Shown here: piece after piece, positions 1-10,537 of the stretch
Layout: each line of letters begins with the position of its first letter
How positions within the stretch are numbered: the first letter of the stretch is position 1
The notes under the pieces: generated by a model
What the model saw: the letters and a program-made list of their open reading frames with translations, nothing else
Told to the model about the DNA's origin: nothing
Databases searched by the model: none
Translations under genes and position numbers: made by a program
From: Lama glama
Taxonomy: Eukaryota
Reading direction: 5' to 3'
Assembly (NCBI GenBank): GCA_028534125.1
Contig: CM052843.1
Span: 11,594,001 to 11,658,000 of the forward strand
Length of the DNA stretch: 64,000 nt

Positions 1-394
1 TTAAATTCATAGTTAAGACTTGTAGGGCAGCATTTAATTTATGTGTTGTTTTGTCTTGGGACTTTAATAACTTGAAAGGTGATATGAAGGTATAAATAGT
101 GAATTTTCATTAAAATGTACTGGAAAAATACGTGCTGAATTCTCAGCTAATAACGAATTTGTCTAAAAATTAAGCGTGTAGCTAAAAGTGAGGACTCCAA
201 ATTTCTCATTTCCCTAGCTATCACTACTATTTTACTTTAGACTTTATGATTTACTCATCCACACTGATTTGACTTTAGAGATATTTAAAATGCATGAAAA
301 TTTGCTTGATTACATCAGGTATATTTATTTAGTGTGGAATGCTGACATACTCCAAATAAAAAATAACTTAACTGTATTTATTATAGTCAATTCA

Positions 395-560
395 GAGTAG
401 GGATGACTTCAACATATGTGTCTCAAAGTTTTTGTATCCATTCCTCCTTCCTAAAGAGATTCTAGAAAAATTTATTCCAGCAAAGTAAAGTTCAGTCTAG
501 GAAGAGAAAAAGGCATAACAAGGAACTAGGAGAGGGGAGGACTACAGAATTAGGCAAGAT
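395..560 (+). mobile_element. Possible HAL1 (half-L1) fragment, highly diverged
   Basis: tctcaaagtttttgtatccattcctccttcctaaagagattctagaaaaatttattccagcaaag...ggaagagaaaaaggcat resembles the recalled HAL1 consensus. Confidence 0.35.
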
Positions 561-1426
561 AAAGTTAATCTACATGCAAAATGGAGTTTTAGGATAAGGT
601 AGATGTATTTGAAATGCAAGTAAAATACAGAATGATAAGCACAATGTTGATTAGAAGAAAAGGATTTATTTAGTACTTTAACAGTGTTGTGCAACCACTA
701 CCTCTCTAGTTCCAAAACATTTCATTAGTCCAAAGGAAACCCGTATCCATTAAACAGTTGCTTTCCCTGTCCCCACAGCCCCTGCAAACAGCAGTCTGTG
801 TTCTGTCTCCATGAATTACCTATTCTGGGCATTTCAGTATAAAAGGAGTCAGACAATATATGACCTTTGATGTCTGGTTTCCTTTATCTAGCATAATATT
901 TTCAAGGTTCTTCCGTGCTGTGGCATGTGTCAATAGTTTATTCCTTTTCATAGCTGAGTAATACTCCATTGTATGAATATACCACACTTTGCCTGTCCAT
1001 TCTTCCACTGGTGGACATTTGAGCTGTTTTCACCTTTTTCTATTTTAAATAGTGCTGCTATGAACATGTATGTGTACACCTACCTGTTTTTACTTTGTGG
1101 TGAATACCCAGGAGTGAGATGGTTGGATCCTATGGTAATTCTGTGTTTAACTTTTTCAGTGACCACCACACTGTTTTCTATAGCAACTGCACCATTTTAC
1201 ATTCCCAGTAGCAGTGTATGGGGTTTTCTATTTCTCTACATCTTCACCAATATGACTGTCTTTTTGTGATTGTAGCCGTCTCACTGGGTATAAAGTGGTA
1301 CCTTATTGTGGTTTTGATTTGAATTTCCCTAGTGACCAGTGATATTGAACATCTTGTGGGCCTTTTATGTAGCTTCTTTGAAGAAAAGTCTGTTCAAGTA
1401 TTTTGCTCATTTTTTAGTTGGGTTTT

Positions 1427-1638
1427 NNNNNNNNNNNNNNNNNNNNNNNNNNNNNNNNNNNNNNNNNNNNNNNNNNNNNNNNNNNNNNNNNNNNNNNNNN
1501 NNNNNNNNNNNNNNNNNNNNNNNNNNNNNNNNNNNNNNNNNNNNNNNNNNNNNNNNNNNNNNNNNNNNNNNNNNNNNNNNNNNNNNNNNNNNNNNNNNNN
1601 NNNNNNNNNNNNNNNNNNNNNNNNNNNNNNNNNNNNNN
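1427..1638. other. Assembly gap (N run)
   Basis: 212 Ns inside the L1. Confidence 1.
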
Positions 1639-1692
1639 GTCACAAAGGTTTACTACTATTTTTTCTTTTAAAGATTTTATGGTTTTAGTTCT

Positions 1693-1871
1693 TTTTTTTT
1701 AACTTTTTTATTGATTTATAATCATTTTACAATGTTGTATCAAATTCCAGTGTAGAGCACAATTTTTCAGTTATACATGAACATATATATATATTCATTG
1801 TCACCTTTTTTTCTCCGTGAGCTACCATAAAATCTTGTATATATTTCCCTGTGCTATACAGTATAATCTTG
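1693..1871 (-). mobile_element. Young camelid-type L1 3' end, 5'-truncated (~180 bp), nested in older L1
   Basis: A T-tract (the polyA tail) is followed by ttattgatttataatcattttacaatgttgtatcaaattccag...gtgctatacagtataatcttg. Perfect TSD ttttatggttttagttct at 1675-1692 and 1872-1889. Confidence 0.9.
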
Positions 1872-2207
1872 TTTTATGGTTTTAGTTCTTAAAGATAAAT
1901 AGGTTGTTGATTCATTTTAGTTAATCTTTATATATGGTGTGAAGTAGGTGTCCACCTTCATTCTTTTGCGTGTAGACATCCTATTGCCTGTTGTCCCAGC
2001 ACTATTTGTTGAGTGGACCAAACTTTTGAAATTCTTTTGAAATTCAATATTGTCTTGGCTATTTGGAGGGGCCCTTTGGAATTTCATATAAGTTGAGGAT
2101 TGGTTCTTCAATGGCAAAAAAAAAAATTATTGGAATTTTGATAAGAATTACATTGAATCAGTAGATCACTTTTGATAATACTGCCATTCTAACAATATTA
2201 AGATTCC

Positions 2208-2380
2208 NNNNNNNNNNNNNNNNNNNNNNNNNNNNNNNNNNNNNNNNNNNNNNNNNNNNNNNNNNNNNNNNNNNNNNNNNNNNNNNNNNNNNNNNNNNNN
2301 NNNNNNNNNNNNNNNNNNNNNNNNNNNNNNNNNNNNNNNNNNNNNNNNNNNNNNNNNNNNNNNNNNNNNNNNNNNNNNNN
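2208..2380. other. Assembly gap (N run)
   Basis: 173 Ns inside the L1. Confidence 1.
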
Positions 2381-3689
2381 TTCATTGCTGGTATATAGAA
2401 ATAGTTGTTTTTTTGTGCATCGATCTTGAACTCTGGCAGAAGGGACATTTAAAATAAATTTTGAATGATAGCATTGATAGCCAATATAATGTGGGAGAAG
2501 TATATTCCAAGCACAGGGGACTCACTGAGCAGGCGTGTACTGAATGACCTTCATGTTTGGATAGTAGGGGAGAAAAGAAGAGCTGTACTGGGGGACAGCA
2601 CACACATAATAACTCGACAAGGAAATAGACTTGAGACAACAAAATGCAGAGAGAGGGCAGAGAAAGATGACTCTAATCTAGATTTAATGATGTTCCCTGT
2701 TCTGTGAACACAACTAGCCTTTTTAATCATGCCATCAAATATTGGATGTTAAATGAAGTAATAAATGTGAAAATACCTCAAAAACTGGAAAAGCATTATA
2801 CGAATGTAAGGAGAATTATTACTGCCGTGCTGTTGGTTTTTATGATCGGTCTGTCAGCTAGCAGGGAAGCTAGTTTGTTTTTAGGGACTTGGGTGTTAAA
2901 GGGTTAACCAGCAGGAAATTGTGACCTACTTGCTTTTAGGTAGGTCCCAAAGTTACTTACTTATAACTATTAAACATGCTTTTAGTATTGAAATATGTAG
3001 TGTGTCAAACTTTCCAGCCTTTATTCTTCCCCCTTTCACATTTTAAACCATTGGAACAGTAGTTTATATAACAGAATTTTCTGTAACTCACAGTTTCTCA
3101 GGAGTACAGCTGTTCGGGCAGTATTACTGCTCCGTGCCGCTGAAGAATGATTAGCTTAATGTTTTTGTTTGTGCTTCTACAGGAACATTTATTGGGAGGA
3201 AAAAGGAGATCAGCTTTTAAAAAGAGAGACTAAGGCCTTAAAATAATTCTCCACTGTAGTCTTTCTAAATGCTAAGAAGGCAGGTAAAAATTATTATTGT
3301 AATTATATGTCTAGTCAGAGGAGTATGGAAACGCTTGCCTCTGTGTAGAAGTAGTTTCATTTAAACGCAGCATTCCTCTGCTTCTGCTCAAGTGGAGGTG
3401 ACCCCTCAGGCCCATTCAGAATCACAGTAGAGGTCAGCGCACTTTGAAAACCTTCATGTTATTAGCCGAACTTTTGCGTGATGTGTATGTAGGACGGAAG
3501 GATGAAGAAAGATTCTTTGGATGGGGGTGGCCAATTTAAGTTCCCACTGTCTTCCACCTGTTGTGTCTGTAGCAGACACTGCTGCTGACTGATAGCTTTT
3601 CTGCTGAATTTGGACATGGCCTTAGAAGGAAGCCTCCTCAGCCTCTGGCCCCAGGCAGAGTCAGTACGCCACAGGAACCTGCTAGCATC

Positions 3690-3815
3690 TTCCATCAGAT
3701 AGAAGTTTGAAGAGGGTAGCCTGCTCTTCCTTTTATTCCTCCCTCTGTCCCTGCTGCCCAAAATAGTGTCTGACACAAAGTACAGAGTCAGTAAATGTCA
3801 AAACAAATCAACAAA
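3690..3815 (+). mobile_element. L2 3'-end fragment
   Basis: agaagtttgaagagggtagc...tccctgctgcccaaaatagtgtctgacacaaagtacagagtcagtaaatg follows the L2 3' terminus pattern. Confidence 0.6.
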
Positions 3816-6194
3816 AGGACAAATAACTGTCTTAGAAGAGGTTGAAGACACGAACTTTGACTCTTTTGTTCAAGCATCAGAATCTCTTCTCCTTTAGGTG
3901 GCTGTTTGTGTGTTTTTATTAGCTTAGGTCAGCACAATCTGTCTTCTGGTTTTGAATATTCTCGCATGTTCTTCATACTGAGCGTGGCTGATCTGGACAT
4001 GTGCCACACATATGGTTGACATCTTACAGCAATAGAGAAAGAAGTGCATTTGATAGCTTGATCAGTGTTCGTTCCCCAATATATAATAGCTTAATTTTGT
4101 TGAATTTGTATTTAAAATATTACAGGCAGTGTGCTAATTACTGCAGTGTCAATGTGGATTAGACAGCTGACAAAGCAAACATTTGAGGACCAACATCTGT
4201 GCCAAAACACCTTTAACTACAGTAGGCTTTGATCGGCCTAATTTTTCCCATAAATAAAGTCATTATATTGGAACTGTTCAAGTCTCTGAGAATCATAAAA
4301 CATCAACTTTTCAAAATCTATGCTACTTGAAGGATAAACATCTTTTTCTACCCTTGTGTAAATAAAGTTCTGTTATTTTTAAAGATTGCTGTTAGGCAGA
4401 CTATTTTACATGGAATCCTTTAGCATTAAGTAAGTGCTTGTTTTATTATTAATATTAAACTCTTAATAATAATATTCATCTGAGAGTCTAGTATTTTTTT
4501 TGTAGATCCGTTGTCAAGAGATTTTGTAACTGGGGTTTAGAAACATTGTTCAATTTCATCAAAGATGGAGGCCTGGTGTCCCTCGTCCCTGAACTGTTGG
4601 ATTAGGGTTATGCCACATTTTAAAATGCATTTCGAATTACTGTGTAGTAGAACACAGTTATCCTGTGCTAAAGTAGCGCATTTACAAAGCTCACGTCTTT
4701 TGAGGAGTATGTTACTGCCTACAAAGGAGAAGGATCACACAGGTCACCTGTAAATTTTCTCCTAGAACTGCCTTTGGAAGAATCCATGTGAAAAGACACG
4801 GCTTCTTTCTAATTGATTTGTTAATTAGTATGAAATTTTTTCTTTCTAGCCTTTGAGAATAACCTAAACTAAAGCCCTATCAACAAAATATGAAATAGTT
4901 ATAAAGTTCAATCAGATTTATGATTTGGTGTTTGAAAACATCACACAGTTGTATAGGAATATTTAAAAATAACTGTTTAAATCATTTTTATAAAAACAAT
5001 GCCTTTACAATCTGAGAAAAGATGAAAATGACATGCATTTTCATAATATTTGTGATGCTTTATAATGCTTTTGAAATTACAGTTGAAACCTTTGTCATAC
5101 CCTTGGGAGAGGGTAGATTGTGTAAATAAAGAGAGCAGTTCCTTTTTTTTAGAGGAGGAATGGTTTTCTTTCGATGGTTGCAGCAACATGATGGAATCCA
5201 GAGCTAAAGTCTTGGCAGGCATTGTGTGCAATTAAGGAGATTAAAAATGAAACTGACTTTTAAGTAGTTCTATGGTTAAATTACATTTACCGTTTTTAAT
5301 AGTTTATAAGGGTTAGTTTATTTATAAGACATATCTAAAGATCTTATTGAAGAGTTATGACATATACAGAGGAATTAAATTAGAGGACAGTGCACAAGGT
5401 TACATAATCAAGTATACTTCAGTTGTGTGGTCAGAGCATCATTACCTTAGAATTTTAGATACCAAGGTTAGCCGCTGTTATTGCTGCTGGTGAGTTTTTG
5501 TTAAGATGCGGACAATGTGGAGGATAGTGAAAAGAGATCCCACTGATACAACACCAGCCAAGTGCTATGGAGGTTCTGTGATGAACGACATTTATGACTT
5601 CGGTCAAATCACTTAACTCTATAAACCTAAGAGAGTTTTTGAAATGTGTGTAAACATCATTTTTATCTCAAAGTTCTCTTCCATTCATTATGCTCAAAGA
5701 GATTCCCCGGACTAAAAAAAATTTTTTTTAAAGAAAAAGTTGTCCTATCTAAACTCTGTTTAAGGATGGTTCAGGTTTTCTTAAACACCCAAGTTGGTTA
5801 AGTTGGTTGGTTTTCCTAAGTACGTTTTCTTTAATGGTAATAGACTGTCACTGTGATAACTTTAAGCTAGGTTGTGGTAGTTAATTGTTAAAAAGTATTT
5901 GTAAAGTACAATTTAATTTGCATTAATAGTTTGGATCTAATAACCTAATGTTTTCAAATTAGGATAAGTTTGAAGCTCTTAAAAGTAATGCATGATTAAA
6001 TATGAGAACACATTAAGTGTAGAGTGGTTTGAATTCTGTTATATCACTATTATGCATAGTAGCAAAATAGGCCTTTATGGGTGCTGTCGGCTGTAAATGT
6101 GTCATTTATAAAGGATGATAAGATTGAGTCGGAAGCAAAAGTGGAGCTTTGGCCTGGTCAGCCATTTATAGGACAGTGTTCTGGAGATTGGGGA

Positions 6195-6360
6195 GTGTGA
6201 ATGGTAAGTGGGTTGTAAAATTAATTTAGTGGGCTGTGACCAGCATTAATAATAGTGTGATAGATGAGAGTATATCACATGTAGTAATACTAAATGCTGA
6301 AACTTTGGTTCCAGTTATTGTGTGTATCGGTTCATGATGTAAAATGTATTTCTTAACTGC
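6195..6360. mobile_element. hAT-Charlie-type non-autonomous DNA transposon fragment (MER family, subfamily uncertain)
   Basis: tgggttgtaaaattaatttagtgggctgtgaccagcatt...atcacatgtagtaa...gttcatgatgtaaaatgtatttctta matches a recalled MER/Charlie consensus. Confidence 0.55.
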
Positions 6361-6604
6361 CCTGCATCCTTACTTTGAGCACTTACAGTTCATTCGAAGT
6401 AATAGGCGGTCAGTAAATATTTAACTGCACATGGTTTAATTTAGTAAATTTACATAGGAAAAGCCTCAAAATAAAATCAGAAAAACTTCTAATACAAAAT
6501 GACATTAGGAAAATTGATAGGACTTCCATGTTGTGCTGGGGTGGTTTTGCTACACGCCTGTGACCTTCTTCAGTGTAGGGACTGTGTCTCATTTAGCTTT
6601 ATGT

Positions 6605-6845
6605 CGCTGTGTAGGTTGGAAGAGCCTAATTCTCACAGTAAAAAGACCTGGGTTCCAATTTTGACTCTTGCCACATGTAAACTTTGGGATATTGGGCAAT
6701 TTTTTTTCTGCATTCTCACCTTCACCCTTCTCATTTAAAAACAAGAATAATAGTACTTAACCTCTGATTAAGTTACCACTACTATAAACACCAAGTACCC
6801 CAAGTACTTTGCCTGGACTATAGTAATTGCTTAATAAATATTTAC
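6605..6845 (+). mobile_element. MIR SINE
   Basis: gacctgggttccaattttgactcttgccac...ttgggcaa...aataatagtacttaacctc...gcctggactatagtaattgcttaataaata. Confidence 0.7.
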
Positions 6846-6931
6846 TAAGTTAATTAAAAGCATATAAAAAATCACTGAATACTAGTGTTTATTTTAAAAA
6901 TCTCTTTTTGAATTATCTTGGAAAAAGCATG

Positions 6932-7120
6932 AAATATAAGATTAACAACAAAGTCCTACTATATAGCATAAGGAACTATATTCAATATCCTGTAATAAAT
7001 CATAGTGGGAAAGAATATGAAAAATAATATATATATGCCTAACTGAATCACTTCGCTGTACATCGGAAACTAACAACACTATAAGTCAACTATACATCCA
7101 TGAAAATATATAAATAAATA
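6932..7120 (+). mobile_element. Artiodactyl-type L1 3' end (5'-truncated)
   Basis: aacaacaaagtcctactatatagcataaggaactatattcaatatcctgtaataaatcata...actgaatcacttcgctgtacatcggaaactaacaacactataagtcaactatac, followed by an A-rich tail. Confidence 0.85.
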
Positions 7121-9044
7121 GATTATTATTTGGATCACATGCTAGGGTAGAAATTCCTCATGACCTTTTGAAAAATTAGAAGCCCTGATTATAGAAGATA
7201 GCTTTCTATAAAAAAAAAAAACAAAAAAAGAAAAAAACTGCCTAATTAAGAAAGAGTAATGTGCAAAATGTGAATTAGAAATTAAGTGGGCCAAAATCAA
7301 ATCAAAGAGTTACTTGTAAAGATTAAAAATGAACCCAAATAAACCCTCTCAAGTGAAAAAACCCAGGTAAAGATTCATTAGTAATGTTTGGAACTGATTG
7401 ATGTTCATGTGTAAATTACATACCCAGGGATGAAAAATAGGCATGGGTTTAGATGGAATCTTTATCTAAAATTTTGTTTAAAATTTAAAAGCCAACATAA
7501 CTGTTGAAAGAATAGAATATTCTTGGCTTAATTAGCAAACAAATGCAGTCAGTCACTTGATAACAGTCGTTCACTCAATAGTTTCGAGAAAACAAATGAG
7601 TTATGGAGTTGTTTGCTAGAATGCATAACCTCTTACCCTTTATACCAATTATGTTACTATAAAGATAGGTTGTCAGTGTAGGTCTCATTATAAGAAGGTT
7701 TGTAGAGGAGTCACAGAAAAGCACATATCAGCTATTCTTGCTGTATTCTAATATTCTGGCATTTGAAACAAAAATATTACTGAATCTGGTTTTACAAAAG
7801 AAAAGCCTGCCTGATTGGTAAACTGGAGTTATTTTAGGGGATTATTGGAGTATGTTGGTGAGAGAGAAATAGAAAAGATGATTTATGTAAGCTTTATAAA
7901 AACTTTACAGGTTCTAATCCAAAAGGAATAAAATGTTTTGTGTTCCTGTAAGACGGAGAAGTGTTTATTCATGAAGTCACATTGGCCTGGAAACAGGAAG
8001 TGAATGTTGGTTGTGAACTGTCACTTCTCTAGAGGAGAAAGTTTTTTTCCCCAAATATTTTATGGTTTTCCAAGGAATTGGTGGTGCTAGTACTAACCTC
8101 ATTTTCTATTTTTATAAATTGTGTAAAGAGGGGCATGTACAGTCAATTTTGACCTTTTTTTGAGTAATGAAATACTCCAGGAACAAAACCTAATTGCAGA
8201 TTATGAGTGAGGGAAGTGTGGGATACTGTTCAGTGGTCTGTTTAGGGGAAAATCGTATGAATTACATTTATTAACTGAGGAGTCCTGAATTTCCTTAAGA
8301 CCAGGATAAGAATCTATCTGCTGTGGTAGAAGATTCTCTGCAGATACTGTGCTAAGAACATCAATAATATGTCAGTAATAAGCTAGGCATTCTTTGGAAG
8401 AGTGTGGGAACAGCATGTTGTCTTGCCATTGTACAAAATATATGCTTTATACACACCCAAGATAAATGCTATATGTTGTTCTGTTAATTAAAAATAATGA
8501 AGTATCTGGACTTACCGCAGTATACTATAAATATTTATTCCTTACAGCATTAATACCGAGGAAGGAGGAGGATATAATTGAGGTTATTATAAAATGGGAT
8601 CTTGGATAAATTCCTCAAATTCCATCATGCTAGAATTGAGGGTGGGGTAAGAGTGCTTCTAGGAATTTTATGAGTCAGTTTTAGGATAATGAAGAGCTCT
8701 TGTACATTAGAGAGTAAACTTCTGGAAATTAGTACCACCACGATGGAGTACAGATTGAAAAAAAATCATGAAAATTAGATTCACAGATGATATACACAAA
8801 ATAGAATATTAAAGAAAATTTGAGATGGTTAGAATCTAGTTTTTCCTTTTCAAAAATGACATGAAGGTTTTCCTTAGTATCAGATGGAATTCAGGATTGA
8901 ATGAAATGCTGACCTGACTGCACATGCAGTCATTTTTCCTGTTAAAATTTGGGATGTGGCATTGTCCTGACTGGAGACCACCCAGAGTGATGGCCGGCCT
9001 CGGGGTGGCCTTTATCAGGTCACGGAAGTCCCCGTTGCCAGTAG

Positions 9045-9360
9045 TTTATATTTTCTTTTTAATTTGCATTAGTGATATGATCATATGGTTTTGCTTATTT
9101 TGTATCTTAAGGGATATCAGGTAAAAATCCATCTTTAATGGTTATTACAGGCTTTCAATTTATTCTTGAGGCAAGTTTGATAATGCGTATTTTTCTAGAA
9201 TGTTATCCATTCTGTGCTATTTTCAGCTATTGACAGAACTGCTCATTGTTTTCTTTTATGATAATTAAAAGTCTCTGCTATATCTGTAGCTATAATTATG
9301 TCCTCCAGAGTTCTTTTTGCAATTTTTTTTTTGTCTTGATTTTCTTGACATCACATTTTT
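9045..9360 (-). mobile_element. Ancient L1M ORF2 fragment
   Basis: caagtttgataatgcgtatttttctagaatgttatccatt...aactgctcattgttttcttttatgat...ctctgctatatctgtag is a typical antisense L1M sequence. Confidence 0.6.
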
Positions 9361-9489
9361 AAAGTAGGGACTTCACTGTTTATTCATCATTTTACCTCTC
9401 GTCTAATGCTCACATGGGACGCGCCCCACTAACTCCTATTGAACTGAACTGAGCTTGGCTTCAGTTCTTCCATGTCTCTGGCCAATACT

Positions 9490-10537
9490 GCGATCCATTG
9501 CTAGCTTTTCTTCCCCTTTTCCCTCCATGCCCCGCAGGTAGGAATTTTCAAACTTTTCCCCCTCCTCTGCCAGTATGCCCTTTTTATGAGTGATCTCATC
9601 CAATCCAAGCTTTTTGCCATCGCCTTTATTAGATGGCTCCCAAATTTATAACCTGAGCCTGACCTTTCTTCTAAGCTGTAACTGCTTGCTTGGCATTTCT
9701 CCCTGGGTGTCTTGCTTACACCTTCCCTGCAGCACAACCAGAGTGAAACTCCTGACTTCCCTCCACCCAGACCAGTTCTCCCTCCAGGTTGCCTGGTTTC
9801 TGTTAATTGGCACTGCTACTCATCCAGGCTCAAAACACCAGTTGCTTTGACTCTTTCTTGCAAGCTCTGTGCAGCCTACCCTCACGGTGTCATACAACGT
9901 GATAACCCCATGATTCCTTGCGTCACCACCTGCACTCAGACCCTCAGTGCTTGGTACCCGGATGATTGTAACACCCGCCTGTCCTTTTGGCTGAGTCCCG
10001 TTTATCTTCCACACTGACTCAGGGTTCAGCCTGCACAGTGGTCAGACCACTCTGTAGCCTCAGGTGCCTTGGTTCTGCCCACCGCCTTCTCGACTAGGTC
10101 CAAGCCCCTTAGCTTTCTGGGTCCTCCTGCAGTAGTGCCCCAACATTCCTTCCCTGCTTTGTCTCCCTTCCTGCCTCACCCATATTGTATTTGGGCCTGA
10201 GTGTCCCACCTCTGTTCTGCATTCCTGAGTTTTTATTTAGCTGTTTGCTCTCCAGTGAGCACCCTCTCCCTCATCTCCACTTATAGAAGGGAAGTGTGTC
10301 AAGGGCGATCTGGCACGTTCCCCACTAGCTGTGGTGCCCTGCAGAAGGCTTCTCTTTGTTGTTTCCAGGGCACTTCTCTTGCTTTGTATTGTGGCCATGT
10401 GGGTCCTTGCATAATATCTCCTACTAGATTTTAAGCTCCTAGTGGGTAAGAACCACTTCTGACTCTGCTTTTTCTTTTTCATTGACGCAGGTGTTAGCAC
10501 ACTCAGCAAATACCGATTGAAAATGATTAAATGATTA
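9490..10537 (+). mobile_element. L2 LINE, 3' portion with internal deletions
   Basis: A decayed RT YADD region (gtgatctcatccaatccaagctttt...gatggctcccaaattta) runs through to the 3' terminus (ctactagattttaagctcctagtgggtaagaacc...ctcagcaaata...aatgattaaatga). Confidence 0.75.

Larger units (their letters stand above)
665..2437 (-). mobile_element. Old LINE-1 (L1MB-like) 3' region: ORF2 end plus 3'UTR, internally deleted, interrupted by two gaps and a young L1 insertion
   Basis: The minus-strand ORF 820-1008 (EWTGKVWYIHTMEYYSAMKRNKLL...NLENIML) is the L1 ORF2 C-terminus. ORF2 remnants also occur at 1917-2117 (NSAGTTG...YFTPYIKIN) and 2158-2207 (NIVRMAVLSKVIY). Confidence 0.9.

Noticed and set aside
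820-1008. ORF with real protein similarity (WYIHTMEYYSAMKRN)
   Set aside because: It is a decayed L1 ORF2 C-terminus, not a host gene.
1332-2448. X-rich ORFs (also 38723-39094)
   Set aside because: They are artefacts of translating through N gaps.
8407-8421. GRE/ARE-like GGAACAgcaTGTTGT
   Set aside because: It lacks the critical C of the TGTTCT half-site, and near-matches are common by chance.
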